A model generated the notes under the pieces. It saw nothing but the letters and a program-made list of their open reading frames with translations. It was not told where the DNA came from and searched no databases. A stretch of DNA of 64,000 bases, from positions 1,920,001 through 1,984,000 of the forward strand of contig OY730476.1 of NCBI GenBank assembly GCA_963422735.1, in the 5' to 3' direction. Each line of letters starts with the position of its first letter. The first letter of the stretch is position 1. Positions 1-9,769 of the stretch are shown here, one piece after another. The DNA comes from Candidatus Latescibacterota bacterium. GTDB lineage: Bacteria; Latescibacterota; UBA2968; UBA8231. Both the position numbers and the translations under genes were made by a program.

Positions 1-603
1 ATTCCCTACCAAATGGACTTCGACTAGGCCGTCTATGCGACTGCCCCAAGTCAACGCCTCATCTGTCCGAATCAACAACCCCGTACCCGCATCGGTAGGA
101 TATGCCACGACGCCTTCACCCTGCACCGCAACCGAGTCGATCACGAGTGGCTGGTCGGCAATCTGAGCAAGCGATAGATGGCGCTCTAAAGGCAAGGTAG
201 TGAAGTCTATTTCTCCTAAGTCTATTTCGGCGGGAAAGGGCGGCACGGCCTGTACTTGGAGATTCAGAGCCCACAGGGAATCCGCGCCGGCGATTTTGAC
301 TGCGACTTGGCCCTTAAAGGAACCGGCGATATCCGCTGTATTTACATCGACCTTCAGATGATATCCTTCGCCGGCTTTCAGCACACCCTTGGGGAATTCG
401 ACTCCGGTGCAGCCGCAGCCCGTCCGCACGTTTTCTATCTCGATATCAGTGGCGGGTTTGAACGCAATGGAGTGTGTGCTGTTTTGGCCGCTATACACCG
501 AATCCAGTACCACCTCCGAGGGCAACTGAGCACCTATCGGGTAGGCGATCAACAAAAGCATGAGCAGGAACATAACCAACGCCTTTTGTTTCGGGTAAAG
601 CAC
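1..603 (-). CDS. DUF1573-like secreted protein (cassette C), 3'-truncated by the window edge
   Basis: Open frame from GTG 603 to base 1 (VLYPKQKALVMFLLMLLLIAYPIGAQ...GCGCT...EALTWGSRIDGLVEVHLVGN). Near-identical to 21173-22104 but lacks its frameshift. CGCT motif is typical of DUF1573. Confidence 0.75.
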   Translation of the reverse strand, partial: MLYPKQKALVMFLLMLLLIAYPIGAQLPSEVVLDSVYSGQNSTHSIAFKPATDIEIENVRTGCGCTGVEFPKGVLKAGEGYHLKVDVNTADIAGSFKGQVAVKIAGADSLWALNLQVQAVPPFPAEIDLGEIDFTTLPLERHLSLAQIADQPLVIDSVAVQGEGVVAYPTDAGTGLLIRTDEALTWGSRIDGLVEVHLVGN

Positions 604-608
604 CTTTA

Positions 609-2036
609 CTAACCAACAATAGACGAGCGCAGCCAGACCCAGTACGCGGCCAGGTAGGTGAACACCGCAAAGAAGCCCAGCAAAACCAAATCGACGACAG
701 CAGTGCTAGCTAACGCCGCTGCGGAGAGGTTTTCTGCAAACACCGGTATCTGCTCCAACTCTACCTTTTGCGTGGACAGTCCGTTCTCGACAAGCGGAAT
801 ATGCAGACTACGCCCGTCCGCTCGGTCCATCGCCAAGAGCGTCTCCTCAAAACGTTGGGCATAACTCCTGACTTGATCGATGAAATGCCGATAGCGCGGT
901 AGACCCGTACCCGCCATTGCCTCCATGGCGTATTGGTACGGCCCCATAGGAGAAAGCCGGACGATGTTCTGTGCTAAATTGACCTGTTGTATCCGTTGCC
1001 GCAGCAAGGCGTTTTCTATTTCTTGATGATGAGCACGCTCTGACCGCAATAGGCTTGAAAATTCTTTGAGAAATACGGGGTCGCGCAGATGACCTTTCGC
1101 CACCGCTTCCTTGCTTACTAATTCCGCGGCCTTTTGTCGAAGAGGACCGTATATGTTCACCTCCTGTATATCTTCATAGGATAGCTCGGCAATAGCCTTC
1201 CCCATCTGCGGCCACAGCAGGACCACGCTCACCCAGACGAAAAGCACCGTCGTCAGACTGCCCTGCCTACTCGAACTATGAGCCGATATCAGCAGCCCCA
1301 ACGCGGTACAGCCCGCCAGATAGACCACAGAGATCAAAACCATGATGGCGATACGCACCGCGTGAGCGACATTCAACGACAGGTCGGCGAGAACTAGGAC
1401 GATTAGCAGGTTCAGAGTGAGGCCGAGAAGTAGCACCCCGATCGAGACCATCATCGCGCCCCAGAACTTGCCCCACAGCAGCGTATGGCGCAGCAGGCTG
1501 TTGGCCATGACCAGCTTGAGGGTGCCGCTCTCCTTTTCGCCGACAATGGCGTCGTGGGTGAAAAGGAGGGCGGCCAAGCTCAGCAAGACGCCAACGATGA
1601 ATACCCAGTCAATGGTAATAAAGGTGGAGAGTAGCGGAACATCCTCTAACTCGTTAGGAAAAGATAGAATCCAAGGCCAGTAGAAACTGCAATCGAATCT
1701 AGCCCACATCCCGTGACGTCTCGCTACGGCATCTATGTTATCTGGTAGTTTATTGTCGGCGAAACCGGCGCAAAATGCCAATTCACTAGGTTGCTTATAG
1801 AGTAGCCCAAGGCCCTTGATTAGAAGCATCTGTAGGCTTGCCGCTCCATTAGTACGCAATGTTCGGTGTTGCTGGGTGACGTTTTCTATATAGGTATCTC
1901 GCTCTAGCTGATAAGTACTATGGACGAGGCCTAACGCGTTGAGCACCATCAAGCTAACGCACAATACCAGCGCCAGGCTGAACCGCAGGCTTTGGATATG
2001 CGCGACGAATTCCCGTTTGATAATAGTTATCAGCAT
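609..2036 (-). CDS. ABC-2 type permease (subunit type 2, cassette C)
   Basis: N-terminal 'IIKREF', 'HDAIVGEKESGTLKLVMANSLLRHTLLWGKF' EAA-like motif, multiple TM helices. Paralog of 22126-23592 and 16413-17852. Confidence 0.9.
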   Translation of the reverse strand: MLITIIKREFVAHIQSLRFSLALVLCVSLMVLNALGLVHSTYQLERDTYIENVTQQHRTLRTNGAASLQMLLIKGLGLLYKQPSELAFCAGFADNKLPDNIDAVARRHGMWARFDCSFYWPWILSFPNELEDVPLLSTFITIDWVFIVGVLLSLAALLFTHDAIVGEKESGTLKLVMANSLLRHTLLWGKFWGAMMVSIGVLLLGLTLNLLIVLVLADLSLNVAHAVRIAIMVLISVVYLAGCTALGLLISAHSSSRQGSLTTVLFVWVSVVLLWPQMGKAIAELSYEDIQEVNIYGPLRQKAAELVSKEAVAKGHLRDPVFLKEFSSLLRSERAHHQEIENALLRQRIQQVNLAQNIVRLSPMGPYQYAMEAMAGTGLPRYRHFIDQVRSYAQRFEETLLAMDRADGRSLHIPLVENGLSTQKVELEQIPVFAENLSAAALASTAVVDLVLLGFFAVFTYLAAYWVWLRSSIVG

Positions 2037-2061
2037 GGTCTATTCCCCTCACCTGTTCTCC

Positions 2062-3585
2062 TCACCGAGTAACGTCATAGCGAGAAAAGAGCCCTATTAC
2101 GGCCAGCCATATTAGACCCGCATAGAGGAATAGAGGCAGGATGCTTGGCACAATTCTATCCAGCCGACGAGAAAGGGGTTCACGACGTTCCTCAAAGGCT
2201 GGCAGCGTGCGGGAGTCGAGGGTGCCTTTGTTATCCATAGCTTTGCCATCCTCGCCGATTATTTGCATCCCTTGTCCACTAAAAAAATCCTTGCTCCCGA
2301 ATGCGTCGTGTGCCCTTAGATACTCCAAGAGTTGCTTGCGGTACTGGCGAGCTTGATCGATGAAATCGTAAAAAACACCTGCATCCGTACCGGCCAAGCC
2401 GCCGGTAACCTCTAGATAGGCCCCTGCCGGCGTTATTCTTTGTAACTGCTCGTTTAAACGAATGAGCGACCGGGGTCGGTCTTCCCAAAGAGGGCCGCAG
2501 GCATTCCAAGCCTTTTGGGCATACTGAAGGCGTAAATTCTCCCCGGTTCTCAGAAGGCTTAGGAAGTTGGCTAGAGGAGCGTCCTCCTTAATCGGTCCGA
2601 TCGCAAAATGTGGGTTATTCCCAGGGCCCCCTGTCCCATACATATTACTGATCAAGTGTAGTGGGGGGTAGTCATCGCCCATCTCTGCCGTACGTACCAA
2701 TCCATCAACCCGTTGTTGGTATTCGCGCCACAACTCGTCTTGCACAGCCTCGGCTGTCTGGGCATCCGCCTGCCGATGGAATTGCTGATTGATGAAAAAA
2801 ATAATGCTGCTCGGCAGGACAATCACCAAAAAGGCCCAAGTGAATAGACCGTATATCAGGCTCGTCGAAGTGTTGTGTGTGTAGCACGAGATGGCCATGC
2901 CAATCAGGTAGAATATGGCTATGTAAAATAGGGATATCGCCCAAATCCCAATGAGACCCATCCAATCGTCCCCCGTAAGCCGGATGTGCTCGGAAGCGAG
3001 AAGAAAGATCGAGACACCGAGAAAACCCAAGAAGATCGGTATGTTGAGGAGTGTAATACCACTGAGGAACTTGCCCGTCGCGATCTGTACTCGGGACACA
3101 TTCATCGTCAACACCAGTGATAAGGTCCCTTTTTCTTTTTCGCCGGAGATAGATTCACACGCAAGGAGAACGGCTAGCAACGATAGAAAGACTTGGATGA
3201 CATGAACGACATCAAACGAACCTATTATGGCGAGTAAGGAATTGCCAGTAGTCGATAGGGTATGCTTGTCGGTAGCGTAGGGTATCTCATATATCCCAAT
3301 AGGGACTACGGAGCTCTTTTGCTCGGTGACGCCCCGGTCAAAGACTTCCAGCGGACTCGGAGTACGGACGACCTTGGTCCGCAATACGGCATATCCATCT
3401 ATTTTGCGAAATTCGTCGGCGATTTCTGCGACGATTCGATCTTTCTCTGCCCGTGCTTTTTCATGACTCGCTATTCGCAGCAGCCCGAGGACCCATATAA
3501 GCGACACTATAATCAGGGTACAGTAGATAAAGCGTCGGCTGATTAGCTGCTCTAGCAGTTCTTTCCTCCAGATGGCTTTTATCAT
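2062..3585 (-). CDS. ABC-2 type permease (subunit type 1, cassette C)
   Basis: 'IWRKELLEQL', 'ESISGEKEKGTLSLVLTMNVSRVQIATGKF', TM helices. Paralog of 23600-25108 and 18934-20466. Confidence 0.9.
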   Translation of the reverse strand: MIKAIWRKELLEQLISRRFIYCTLIIVSLIWVLGLLRIASHEKARAEKDRIVAEIADEFRKIDGYAVLRTKVVRTPSPLEVFDRGVTEQKSSVVPIGIYEIPYATDKHTLSTTGNSLLAIIGSFDVVHVIQVFLSLLAVLLACESISGEKEKGTLSLVLTMNVSRVQIATGKFLSGITLLNIPIFLGFLGVSIFLLASEHIRLTGDDWMGLIGIWAISLFYIAIFYLIGMAISCYTHNTSTSLIYGLFTWAFLVIVLPSSIIFFINQQFHRQADAQTAEAVQDELWREYQQRVDGLVRTAEMGDDYPPLHLISNMYGTGGPGNNPHFAIGPIKEDAPLANFLSLLRTGENLRLQYAQKAWNACGPLWEDRPRSLIRLNEQLQRITPAGAYLEVTGGLAGTDAGVFYDFIDQARQYRKQLLEYLRAHDAFGSKDFFSGQGMQIIGEDGKAMDNKGTLDSRTLPAFEERREPLSRRLDRIVPSILPLFLYAGLIWLAVIGLFSRYDVTR

Positions 3586-3602
3586 GGTTCTATCTCAAAA
3601 CA

Positions 3603-3643
3603 AGAAAATAAAAAGGTGGGGGAACCCGAGGCTCACCCACCTT
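3603..3643 (-). terminator. Intrinsic terminator/attenuator hairpin after Cys-rich peptide C
   Basis: Minus strand AAGGTGGG-t-GAGCC-tcg-GGTTC-c-CCCACCTT followed by TTTATTTTC. Confidence 0.75.
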
Positions 3644-3667
3644 CTTTGGAGCTATTGAGCGAACTCG

Positions 3668-3874
3668 CTACGGGCAAGAAATCGAGTAACCGCCTCCCTC
3701 TAGCGGCTTAAATATGCAATCACTGCCGTCGGGGCAATCATATTTGCAGAACTTATCCCCATTCGCCTTTATCACACAGCAGTCCTTGCCAGCCCAAGCT
3801 TGGACCGGCAAAAATTGCACGGCAAGACCAACGAGGCCGATGGCTATTTTCGATAATTCTCGCTTCATCTTCAC
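3668..3874 (-). CDS. Small secreted Cys-rich peptide C (6 Cys)
   Basis: GGGAGGG Shine-Dalgarno before GTG 3874 (alternative ATG 3868). Signal peptide KRELSKIAIGLVGLAVQFLPVQAWA, then GKDCCVIKANGDKFCKYDCPDGSDCIFKPLEGGGYSISCP. Confidence 0.8.
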   Translation of the reverse strand: MKMKRELSKIAIGLVGLAVQFLPVQAWAGKDCCVIKANGDKFCKYDCPDGSDCIFKPLEGGGYSISCP

Positions 3875-3964
3875 GATGTCCCTCCCTATCCTTAGAGTTT
3901 GGTTGGGTAAAAAACCATTCCTATCCAATATAGAAATGGGCTAATATAAATCTTCTCTTCTTTC

Positions 3965-4864
3965 TTAAAACTTATTAAATAAGTAGGATTCTGCTACGCT
4001 AGGGCTATAGAATACCTCTAGGTGGTGCCAGAGCTTCTTGTCTCGATCCCACATCAAACGAAAAAAAGACGGTGTGCGTCTTGTCGTCGTTGGGTCAAAC
4101 GCAGATTCGGACGGCTCTTCTACAATGAACATTATGTCCATACAGATGATCTTCTCTCCTGCTAGACGGGCGGGAAGTTGTTCTTTTAATTCCGTAGACA
4201 GAGAATACTTGATGAAGCCCGTAGGTAACATACCTCGGTCTTTTGCCAGACTGAAGAACGTTTGATCTCCTTTGTTTAGCTCAAATACCCTAAATTCGCT
4301 GTCGTGGAACGATACGTTTTCTATGAAGTACTCTTTGTTGAGAGAGAGAAGTATCGCTTTATGATCTGAACGAATTATGGATAGCGGGCTCTTTTCCATT
4401 AAAGCCGTCTCGACCTCCTCCCTAGTTCTTTCAACCATGTTCTCTATTTCCTCATCGTTTGAGCTTTGACTCCGGGCGTACTGTTGTTGGAATTCAGCCC
4501 AGTCTTCAGCCCATTCCATCTTTGTTCTCTTATATTTTTCCGCATCAAACCCCTCCCTCAGATAAAAGACTGCCGCCAAGCTATCATTGCCCGAATCGGA
4601 AAACGCAACTAGATACTGGCGCAACCAGTCTCTTAGACCCCGCTCTTGCTCCAAGTCTATAGCCGTTTCCAAGTTAATAGGTATAGCGTCGATTGCTTGG
4701 TCCAACTCCTCGCCTTCTTGAACCTTAATCATCTCTTGGCCGTTTATGTAGTTGTAAAACTCTTGGAAGTTTTCTCGGGTAAAGCCGCCATACCCCCCTT
4801 CTCGCGCTTGGCTAGGTGCTAATATAGCACTTATGCACGTAAGCGCACTCAACAGAATTTTCAT
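3965..4864 (-). CDS. Secreted protein of unknown family ('YGGF/FFRLxWD'), cassette C
   Basis: GGTGGAG SD, ATG 4864, signal peptide ending SQA, then REGGYGGFT. Homologous to 25539-26480, 18058-18876 and 15390-16358. Confidence 0.85.
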   Translation of the reverse strand: MKILLSALTCISAILAPSQAREGGYGGFTRENFQEFYNYINGQEMIKVQEGEELDQAIDAIPINLETAIDLEQERGLRDWLRQYLVAFSDSGNDSLAAVFYLREGFDAEKYKRTKMEWAEDWAEFQQQYARSQSSNDEEIENMVERTREEVETALMEKSPLSIIRSDHKAILLSLNKEYFIENVSFHDSEFRVFELNKGDQTFFSLAKDRGMLPTGFIKYSLSTELKEQLPARLAGEKIICMDIMFIVEEPSESAFDPTTTRRTPSFFRLMWDRDKKLWHHLEVFYSPSVAESYLFNKF

Positions 4865-4933
4865 AGTAAACTCCACCTATTAAATAAAAGACAGATATTC
4901 TTTTGAGGCGGGGATCGAACCCCTCTACCTTAA

Positions 4934-4962
4934 TAGACGGATGTAGGCAGCGAAAAGTTACA
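4934..4962 (-). promoter_or_regulatory. Putative ECF sigma promoter TGTAAC-N17-CGTCTA
   Basis: Minus strand TGTAACttttcgctgcctacatcCGTCTA, matching the ECF AAC/CGT consensus. Conserved at 26540-26568. Confidence 0.7.
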
Positions 4963-5016
4963 GGGAGGGCAAAAAAGCTAAAAATGGGGTAGATTGCAGA
5001 GCACGAAAGAAATTGA

Positions 5017-5155
5017 GAAGCTGTCTAAAAACCCCCGTCGGGCCGCTTTGCGGGGCTATCGGTTTCCCGTCAAGAGTTTTTCGAGGGCGAGACGCCCTCG
5101 TTCCGAGGTTCTTTGACCCGTTTGAGGAACCGAACTTGGAATTTTCAACAGCGTC
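5017..5155. mobile_element. 139-bp MITE-like insertion with TGA target-site duplication
   Basis: Absent from the paralogous site near 26620 (aattga|agacat). Flanked by TGA (5014-5016, 5156-5158). Imperfect TIRs GAAGCTGTCTAAAA / GACGCTGTTGAAAA. Internal palindrome CGAGGGCGAGACGCCCTCG. Confidence 0.8.
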
Positions 5156-5172
5156 TGAAGACATAGATCGAT

Positions 5173-5640
5173 TTACTCCAAAAAGATGCGCAATTGCCTC
5201 CGTCCGCGGTGGAGATATACTTTGACCGTATTAAGGGGCATCATTAGCTCCCGACAGATATCCTTATAAGACAGCCCCCCAACGTCCCGCAGAAGGACAA
5301 GCGTTCGGTAGGGATCCTCCAACCGATTCAAGGCCGCTTTTAGGTACTGGGGCAAGTCTGTCTCGATAGCTTGGGCGTTCTGCCGGATCCGTTCGGAATC
5401 TTGAACACTGACTACCAAGCGATAGCTTTTCCGTCGGCGCAAGGCGTCCAAACAGGCATTGCGTGTCACCTGACGTATCCAAGCCTCCACATCTTTGAGG
5501 ACAATGGGGGAGCTATATTTCCACAGGCGGACCAGAACGTCTTGGACGACATCCTCGGTATCCTCGCGGTTGGCCATATATTCGTAGGCTAATGTGTAAA
5601 GGCTTCGTTGGTCTATTGGGCCGAGATGGGTGTTTTCCAT
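5173..5640 (-). CDS. ECF (sigma-70 group 4) sigma factor, copy 1
   Basis: Region 2 (EDVVQDVLVRLW...AWIRQVTRNACLDALRRRK) and region 4 (LLRDVGGLSYKDICRELMMPLNTVKVYLHRGRRQL). Confidence 0.9.
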   Translation of the reverse strand: MENTHLGPIDQRSLYTLAYEYMANREDTEDVVQDVLVRLWKYSSPIVLKDVEAWIRQVTRNACLDALRRRKSYRLVVSVQDSERIRQNAQAIETDLPQYLKAALNRLEDPYRTLVLLRDVGGLSYKDICRELMMPLNTVKVYLHRGRRQLRIFLE

Positions 5641-5904
5641 AGAGATACCCCTTTTCTTAGAAGTCACTGGGAGCACTCAGTAACGTAGCCGGCCAGTACA
5701 AGTTTTACCAAAAACCCTACAACGAAAGGCCGATAGAAGAATATGCCCAGCGGACAGTATAGCCCCGACTTGACCTACATGCAATGGCATCCGGGTGCTC
5801 CGAGTCGGCCGCCGGGTACTTGATGGCCGAGAGGCCGAGAGGTTGCCTTCGATGATTCGTACAAAGTGGAGGGGGCGTAGCTCAATCCACGCCCCCTCCT
5901 CCCC

Positions 5905-6627
5905 CTAGGCTGCTGGCAGGACGGGCCGTTCGACGTATTCGACGTAGAGTTGCTCCAAGTCGGCTTCTTGGAACTCGTCGCGGGTGAGCGTCTTGACCAG
6001 ATGGCCCTCGACCATGATGCCGAGCCGGTCGGCGATCACGCGTGCGCGGAACACGTCGTGGGTGGTCATCCAAATGGCCTTGCCTTCGTGGCGCAGCTCA
6101 TCCAACAGCTCCAAAAACTCGGCCCCAGACTTGGGATCGAGACCCGAGGTCGGCTCGTCGAGCAGCACGATGCGGGCGTCTTTGGCGATGGCAATGGCAA
6201 TGCCTAGCTTCTGGCGCATCCCCTTGGAAAACTCCTTGACCCGTCGGTCAAACGCCTCCTCTTGCAAGCCCACGCGTGCCATGATCGAGTCGTAGTGCGC
6301 GGCGTCTTGGGACGGCTGGCCGCTCAAGCGGGTGAAGAAATCCAAGTTCTGCCGGGCACTAAAGTTGCCGTAGAGCATGACGTTTTCCGAGACATAGGCC
6401 ACGTGCTTTTTGGCCTCTAAGGGCTGCTCGGTGATGTCGATGCCGCACAGCTTGACCGTGCCTTTTGTGGGTTCGGTAAAGCCCAACGCGACCATCAAGG
6501 TGGTGGTCTTGCCCGCGCCGTTGGCGCCGAGCATGGTGAAGACCTCGCCTTCGTGAATGGTCAGGTTGAGGTCGGTGACGGCTTTGACGTCCCCGTAGTG
6601 CTTGGAAAGTCCGATGATCTCCAACAT
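5905..6627 (-). CDS. ABC transporter ATP-binding protein
   Basis: Walker A GANGAGKTT, signature FSKGMRQK, Walker B LLDEPTSGLDP, H-loop TTHD. Confidence 0.95.
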   Translation of the reverse strand: MLEIIGLSKHYGDVKAVTDLNLTIHEGEVFTMLGANGAGKTTTLMVALGFTEPTKGTVKLCGIDITEQPLEAKKHVAYVSENVMLYGNFSARQNLDFFTRLSGQPSQDAAHYDSIMARVGLQEEAFDRRVKEFSKGMRQKLGIAIAIAKDARIVLLDEPTSGLDPKSGAEFLELLDELRHEGKAIWMTTHDVFRARVIADRLGIMVEGHLVKTLTRDEFQEADLEQLYVEYVERPVLPAA

Positions 6628-6651
6628 GAGGCGATCCTTTCGTGTGAGTGG

Positions 6652-8046
6652 TTAGGGGTTCGTGGTTTTGTACCACTCGCTTTGGAGTGCGCGGCCGAGT
6701 ATGCGCCGCAGCTCTTCGGCTGCGAGGATGTAGGCTAGGCGCTCGGCAAAATAGCTTTGCTCGGCGAGGTTGACGGCCACCCGCTGGCGGCGGAGGTCAT
6801 CGAAGTTGAGGTTGCCCATCGCGTTTTCAAATAGCTCTTCGACCGTGTCCAACCGCTGGCGGGCGACATCGGCGCGCCGGCGCAAAAGCTGGGTGTTTTC
6901 CCGCCGGCTTTGCAACTCGTAGAAGGCTTCGACCACTTCGAGTTCAATCAAGTGGCGGGTCTCGTCGCGGTCTTGGCGCAGTTCGGTAAGCCGCGCCCGT
7001 TCCTCGGCCGACTGCGCCAACCGCCGACCGCCTTGGAACAGCGGCAGCGACAGGTTGGCCATCACCCGCCAGCCCTCGCCCCTGGCCAGCGCGGGGTCTA
7101 AGCCCTGGCTGGCCAGCGACCGGCGACCGGAACCCACTACCGTCCACGTTTGGCCGTTGCCACTCCAGTGCAAGCCGAGGTCGGTGTCTTGGACCTTCTT
7201 GGTCAGTTGCAGGCCGACGTGGGGTAGCCACTGCCAGAACACCCGGCGCGCCTGCCGCCGCTGTTGGTCTATTTGCCAGCCGAGTTCGGCCAGATGCGGC
7301 CGGTTGGCACAGGCTTCCTCAATGAGGGCGGGCAAATCCGCTTCGCTGGGATCGAGGAGCTGGAGTTTTTCGTAGGGCGGACCGACGATCTCGATGGCGC
7401 GGAGCGAGCGTTTGCCCACCAGGCCGATCTGGGTGAATAGCTGCAGATGCAGGGTGCGCAGGGTGCGCTGGAGGTGGTTGATGCGCGTCTGCTCCTCCAA
7501 CACCTCTAGCTCGGCCTCGTGCCGTTCCACCGGCCGCGCCAAGCCCGCGTCGAGGCGCGTCTGCACCCGCTCCATTTTGGCGCGGAAGTAGGCGAGCAAC
7601 TCGTCGCGGCTGGCGATTTCGTCGCGGGTCAGCAGCAGGCGGTAATAGGCTTGGCGCACCTGGCTATCCACGGCGAGGATCGCCTCGCGGTAGCGCGCCT
7701 GGGCCGCCTGCTCCCGATGCTGGGCGGCCCAGCGCGATGAGGTGATGGCGCCGTAGCGCACCAACTCTTGCTGGGCTTGTAAGAACAGCTCGCGTTGCTC
7801 CGGTTCCGGCTCCGGCGCATCGGCGAATTCGCGGCGTTCGTACTCGGCGTTCAGGCCGAGGGTCGGAAGCTGGTCGGCGTAGTCGAGGCGGGTGCGGGCC
7901 GACATTTGGTTCCAGCGGGCACGCGCCGCGCCGAGTACCGGGCTGTGCTGGCCTGCGGCGCGCTGACACGTCGTTAAATCCCATTCCTCGGCATGGGCAA
8001 CCACCGCGACGCCGAGGACGGCCCAGACCCATCGATAGGCAGTCAT
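6652..8046 (-). CDS. TolC-family outer membrane efflux protein
   Basis: ATG 8046 overlaps the upstream stop. Signal peptide MTAYRWVWAVLGVAVVAHA. OEP-like repeats (LPTLGL..., SLPLFQGG, VRQAYYRL, VVEAFYEL). Confidence 0.85.
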   Translation of the reverse strand: MTAYRWVWAVLGVAVVAHAEEWDLTTCQRAAGQHSPVLGAARARWNQMSARTRLDYADQLPTLGLNAEYERREFADAPEPEPEQRELFLQAQQELVRYGAITSSRWAAQHREQAAQARYREAILAVDSQVRQAYYRLLLTRDEIASRDELLAYFRAKMERVQTRLDAGLARPVERHEAELEVLEEQTRINHLQRTLRTLHLQLFTQIGLVGKRSLRAIEIVGPPYEKLQLLDPSEADLPALIEEACANRPHLAELGWQIDQQRRQARRVFWQWLPHVGLQLTKKVQDTDLGLHWSGNGQTWTVVGSGRRSLASQGLDPALARGEGWRVMANLSLPLFQGGRRLAQSAEERARLTELRQDRDETRHLIELEVVEAFYELQSRRENTQLLRRRADVARQRLDTVEELFENAMGNLNFDDLRRQRVAVNLAEQSYFAERLAYILAAEELRRILGRALQSEWYKTTNP

Positions 8047-9554
8047 CGCTTGCTCCATTGCACGGTGAAGATGGCGATGCCCAGCACGATGCTCACCAGC
8101 AAGAGCACCAACCCGGTGATGCCCCAAAACGACCCCTCGCTCTTGATGTTGAGGGTGACGGTGCGCTCGACCGACTCGACCCACTGCCCCTTGTGCTGGG
8201 TACTCGCACGGGTCTTGACTTCGTAGCGTCCTATCTCGGCGCTGTTGACCGGCCGCACGGTCAGTGTGGCCTCTATCTCCTCGCGCGGCGGCAACCGGGC
8301 GAGGGCCTGCGGCTCAAAGACGACCTCCCAGCCCGGCGGCGCCAGGGCTTGCAGGCGGATGTCGAGCAATTCAACCGTGCCGAGGTTGCGTAGCTGCCAA
8401 ACGGACTTCGACTCGCCCTCGCCCTGGACCGACAGGTCCAGGTTGAGGGTGGTCAACTCCAATTCGGCGCGGCCGGTGGGCACCAGTTGCAGTTGCTCGT
8501 AGCCAATGCCGAGGGCTTGCAAGCGCACCGGATCGGCGGTGGCCAACACTGCGGCGTCCACCGCCTGGGGCTCGTAGGCCAGCACCGAGAACAGCAGCGG
8601 CTGATCGACGGTGAAGTGCTCGGCCTGTTCGGGGACGTACACGGTGAGGAGGAGCGAGTCGCTGGAGTGGTCGCGGGAAAAGCGCAGCCGCGACAGCTGG
8701 CGGCCCCCGCTCTCGAACGCCCAGCGGAAGTCGGCCGGCAGCCCGTGCGCCATCAGTTGGAAAATCTTTTCGTCTTCGGCCAGCCGCTCTAACTGCAGCT
8801 CGTAGGCGACCGAGTGGCCCAACGAACCTTCTTGAGAAAACTGGGTGGCATACACGCGCACGACGTCGCGGGCGGAAGCCTTCTCGAGGTGAATGACGTG
8901 CTCGTCGGTGCGGTTGAGGTATTCAAGTTGCACGGTGATTTCCTCGACTTCGGGACGCTGCAAGCCGACCTCGATTTCGACTTCTTCGCCCAGGACCAGC
9001 ACCGGGATGTGGACTTGGTAGGGCTGGCCGACCATGACGCGGTCGGCGAGGAGGGTGACGAAGAGGTTGTTGACCTGCAACAGGGAGGCGGCGTCTTGGT
9101 CGAGGCCGTTGATGTGGTAGCGGCGGCGAGCGCGATCAACCATTTGCGCCAAGGGGAGGTCGGAGTCGTTGCGCAAGGTGAGCCGCACGCGGACCTTGTC
9201 GCCTTCAACGCCGTATTTTTGTCCGTTGACGACCGTCAGGTGGGTGGCGTCGGCCAGCGAGTGGAGGAAGGCGCGCTGGAGGTTCAATTCGGCTCGTTGC
9301 CGCGCTTGGCGGGCACGCTCGTAGCGCTCGCGGGCTAGGCGTAGCTCTTGGCCGGTGACCACGCCGCGCGCCTTGAGGCCGATCATCTGCTCGTGCTCGA
9401 TGGTGATCTCGGCCTCGCGCGCGTTGGCCTGCTCCAGCGTCAAGTGAGCCTCTTCGAGGTCGAGCAGGATGCGCTGTTGTTCCTTAGTCAAGGTCTCGGC
9501 CGAGGCCGCGAAAGCCCACAGCAGCCAGCCGAAAACGTAGAAGATAGAGCACAT
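8043..9554 (-). CDS. Secreted/membrane-anchored protein: N-terminal coiled coil, Ig-like NEW3-type domain, C-terminal TM helix
   Basis: AGAAAGGAG SD, ATG 9554, signal peptide. 'LRNLGTVELLDIRLQALAPPGWEVVFEP...LPPREE...TLTVRP...AEIGRYEV' resembles NPCBM-associated NEW3. C-terminal TM GITGLVLLLVSIVLGIAIF. Confidence 0.75.
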   Translation of the reverse strand: MCSIFYVFGWLLWAFAASAETLTKEQQRILLDLEEAHLTLEQANAREAEITIEHEQMIGLKARGVVTGQELRLARERYERARQARQRAELNLQRAFLHSLADATHLTVVNGQKYGVEGDKVRVRLTLRNDSDLPLAQMVDRARRRYHINGLDQDAASLLQVNNLFVTLLADRVMVGQPYQVHIPVLVLGEEVEIEVGLQRPEVEEITVQLEYLNRTDEHVIHLEKASARDVVRVYATQFSQEGSLGHSVAYELQLERLAEDEKIFQLMAHGLPADFRWAFESGGRQLSRLRFSRDHSSDSLLLTVYVPEQAEHFTVDQPLLFSVLAYEPQAVDAAVLATADPVRLQALGIGYEQLQLVPTGRAELELTTLNLDLSVQGEGESKSVWQLRNLGTVELLDIRLQALAPPGWEVVFEPQALARLPPREEIEATLTVRPVNSAEIGRYEVKTRASTQHKGQWVESVERTVTLNIKSEGSFWGITGLVLLLVSIVLGIAIFTVQWSKR

Positions 9555-9633
9555 GACGAACTCCTTTCTATACGATGCTGGCTCGCAGCCGCGACGGATA
9601 GGCCAGCGTAGAGTAAGCGTTCTACTATATTTT

Positions 9634-9649
9634 AGCAAGCATCGTGCCA
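9634..9649 (-). promoter_or_regulatory. Sigma-54 (-24/-12) promoter
   Basis: Minus strand TGGCAC-GATGC-TTGCT, an exact match to the TGGCAC-N5-TTGC consensus, ~80 bp upstream of ATG 9554. Confidence 0.8.
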
Positions 9650-9769
9650 GATAGGCGACCTTGCGCTGATTCCTTTGCTTTATACTTCCTAACTACCTGT
9701 TAAGTAGTGCTTTATAAAAAGTACGCTCCATTTTTTACCGGTCTCTCAAGCGCTCTTCGATACCCTCTT

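Noticed and set aside
256-612. Plus-strand 118-aa ORF (and its twin at 21757-22020)
   Set aside because: Antisense shadow of the DUF1573-like gene. It is conserved only because the underlying gene is duplicated.
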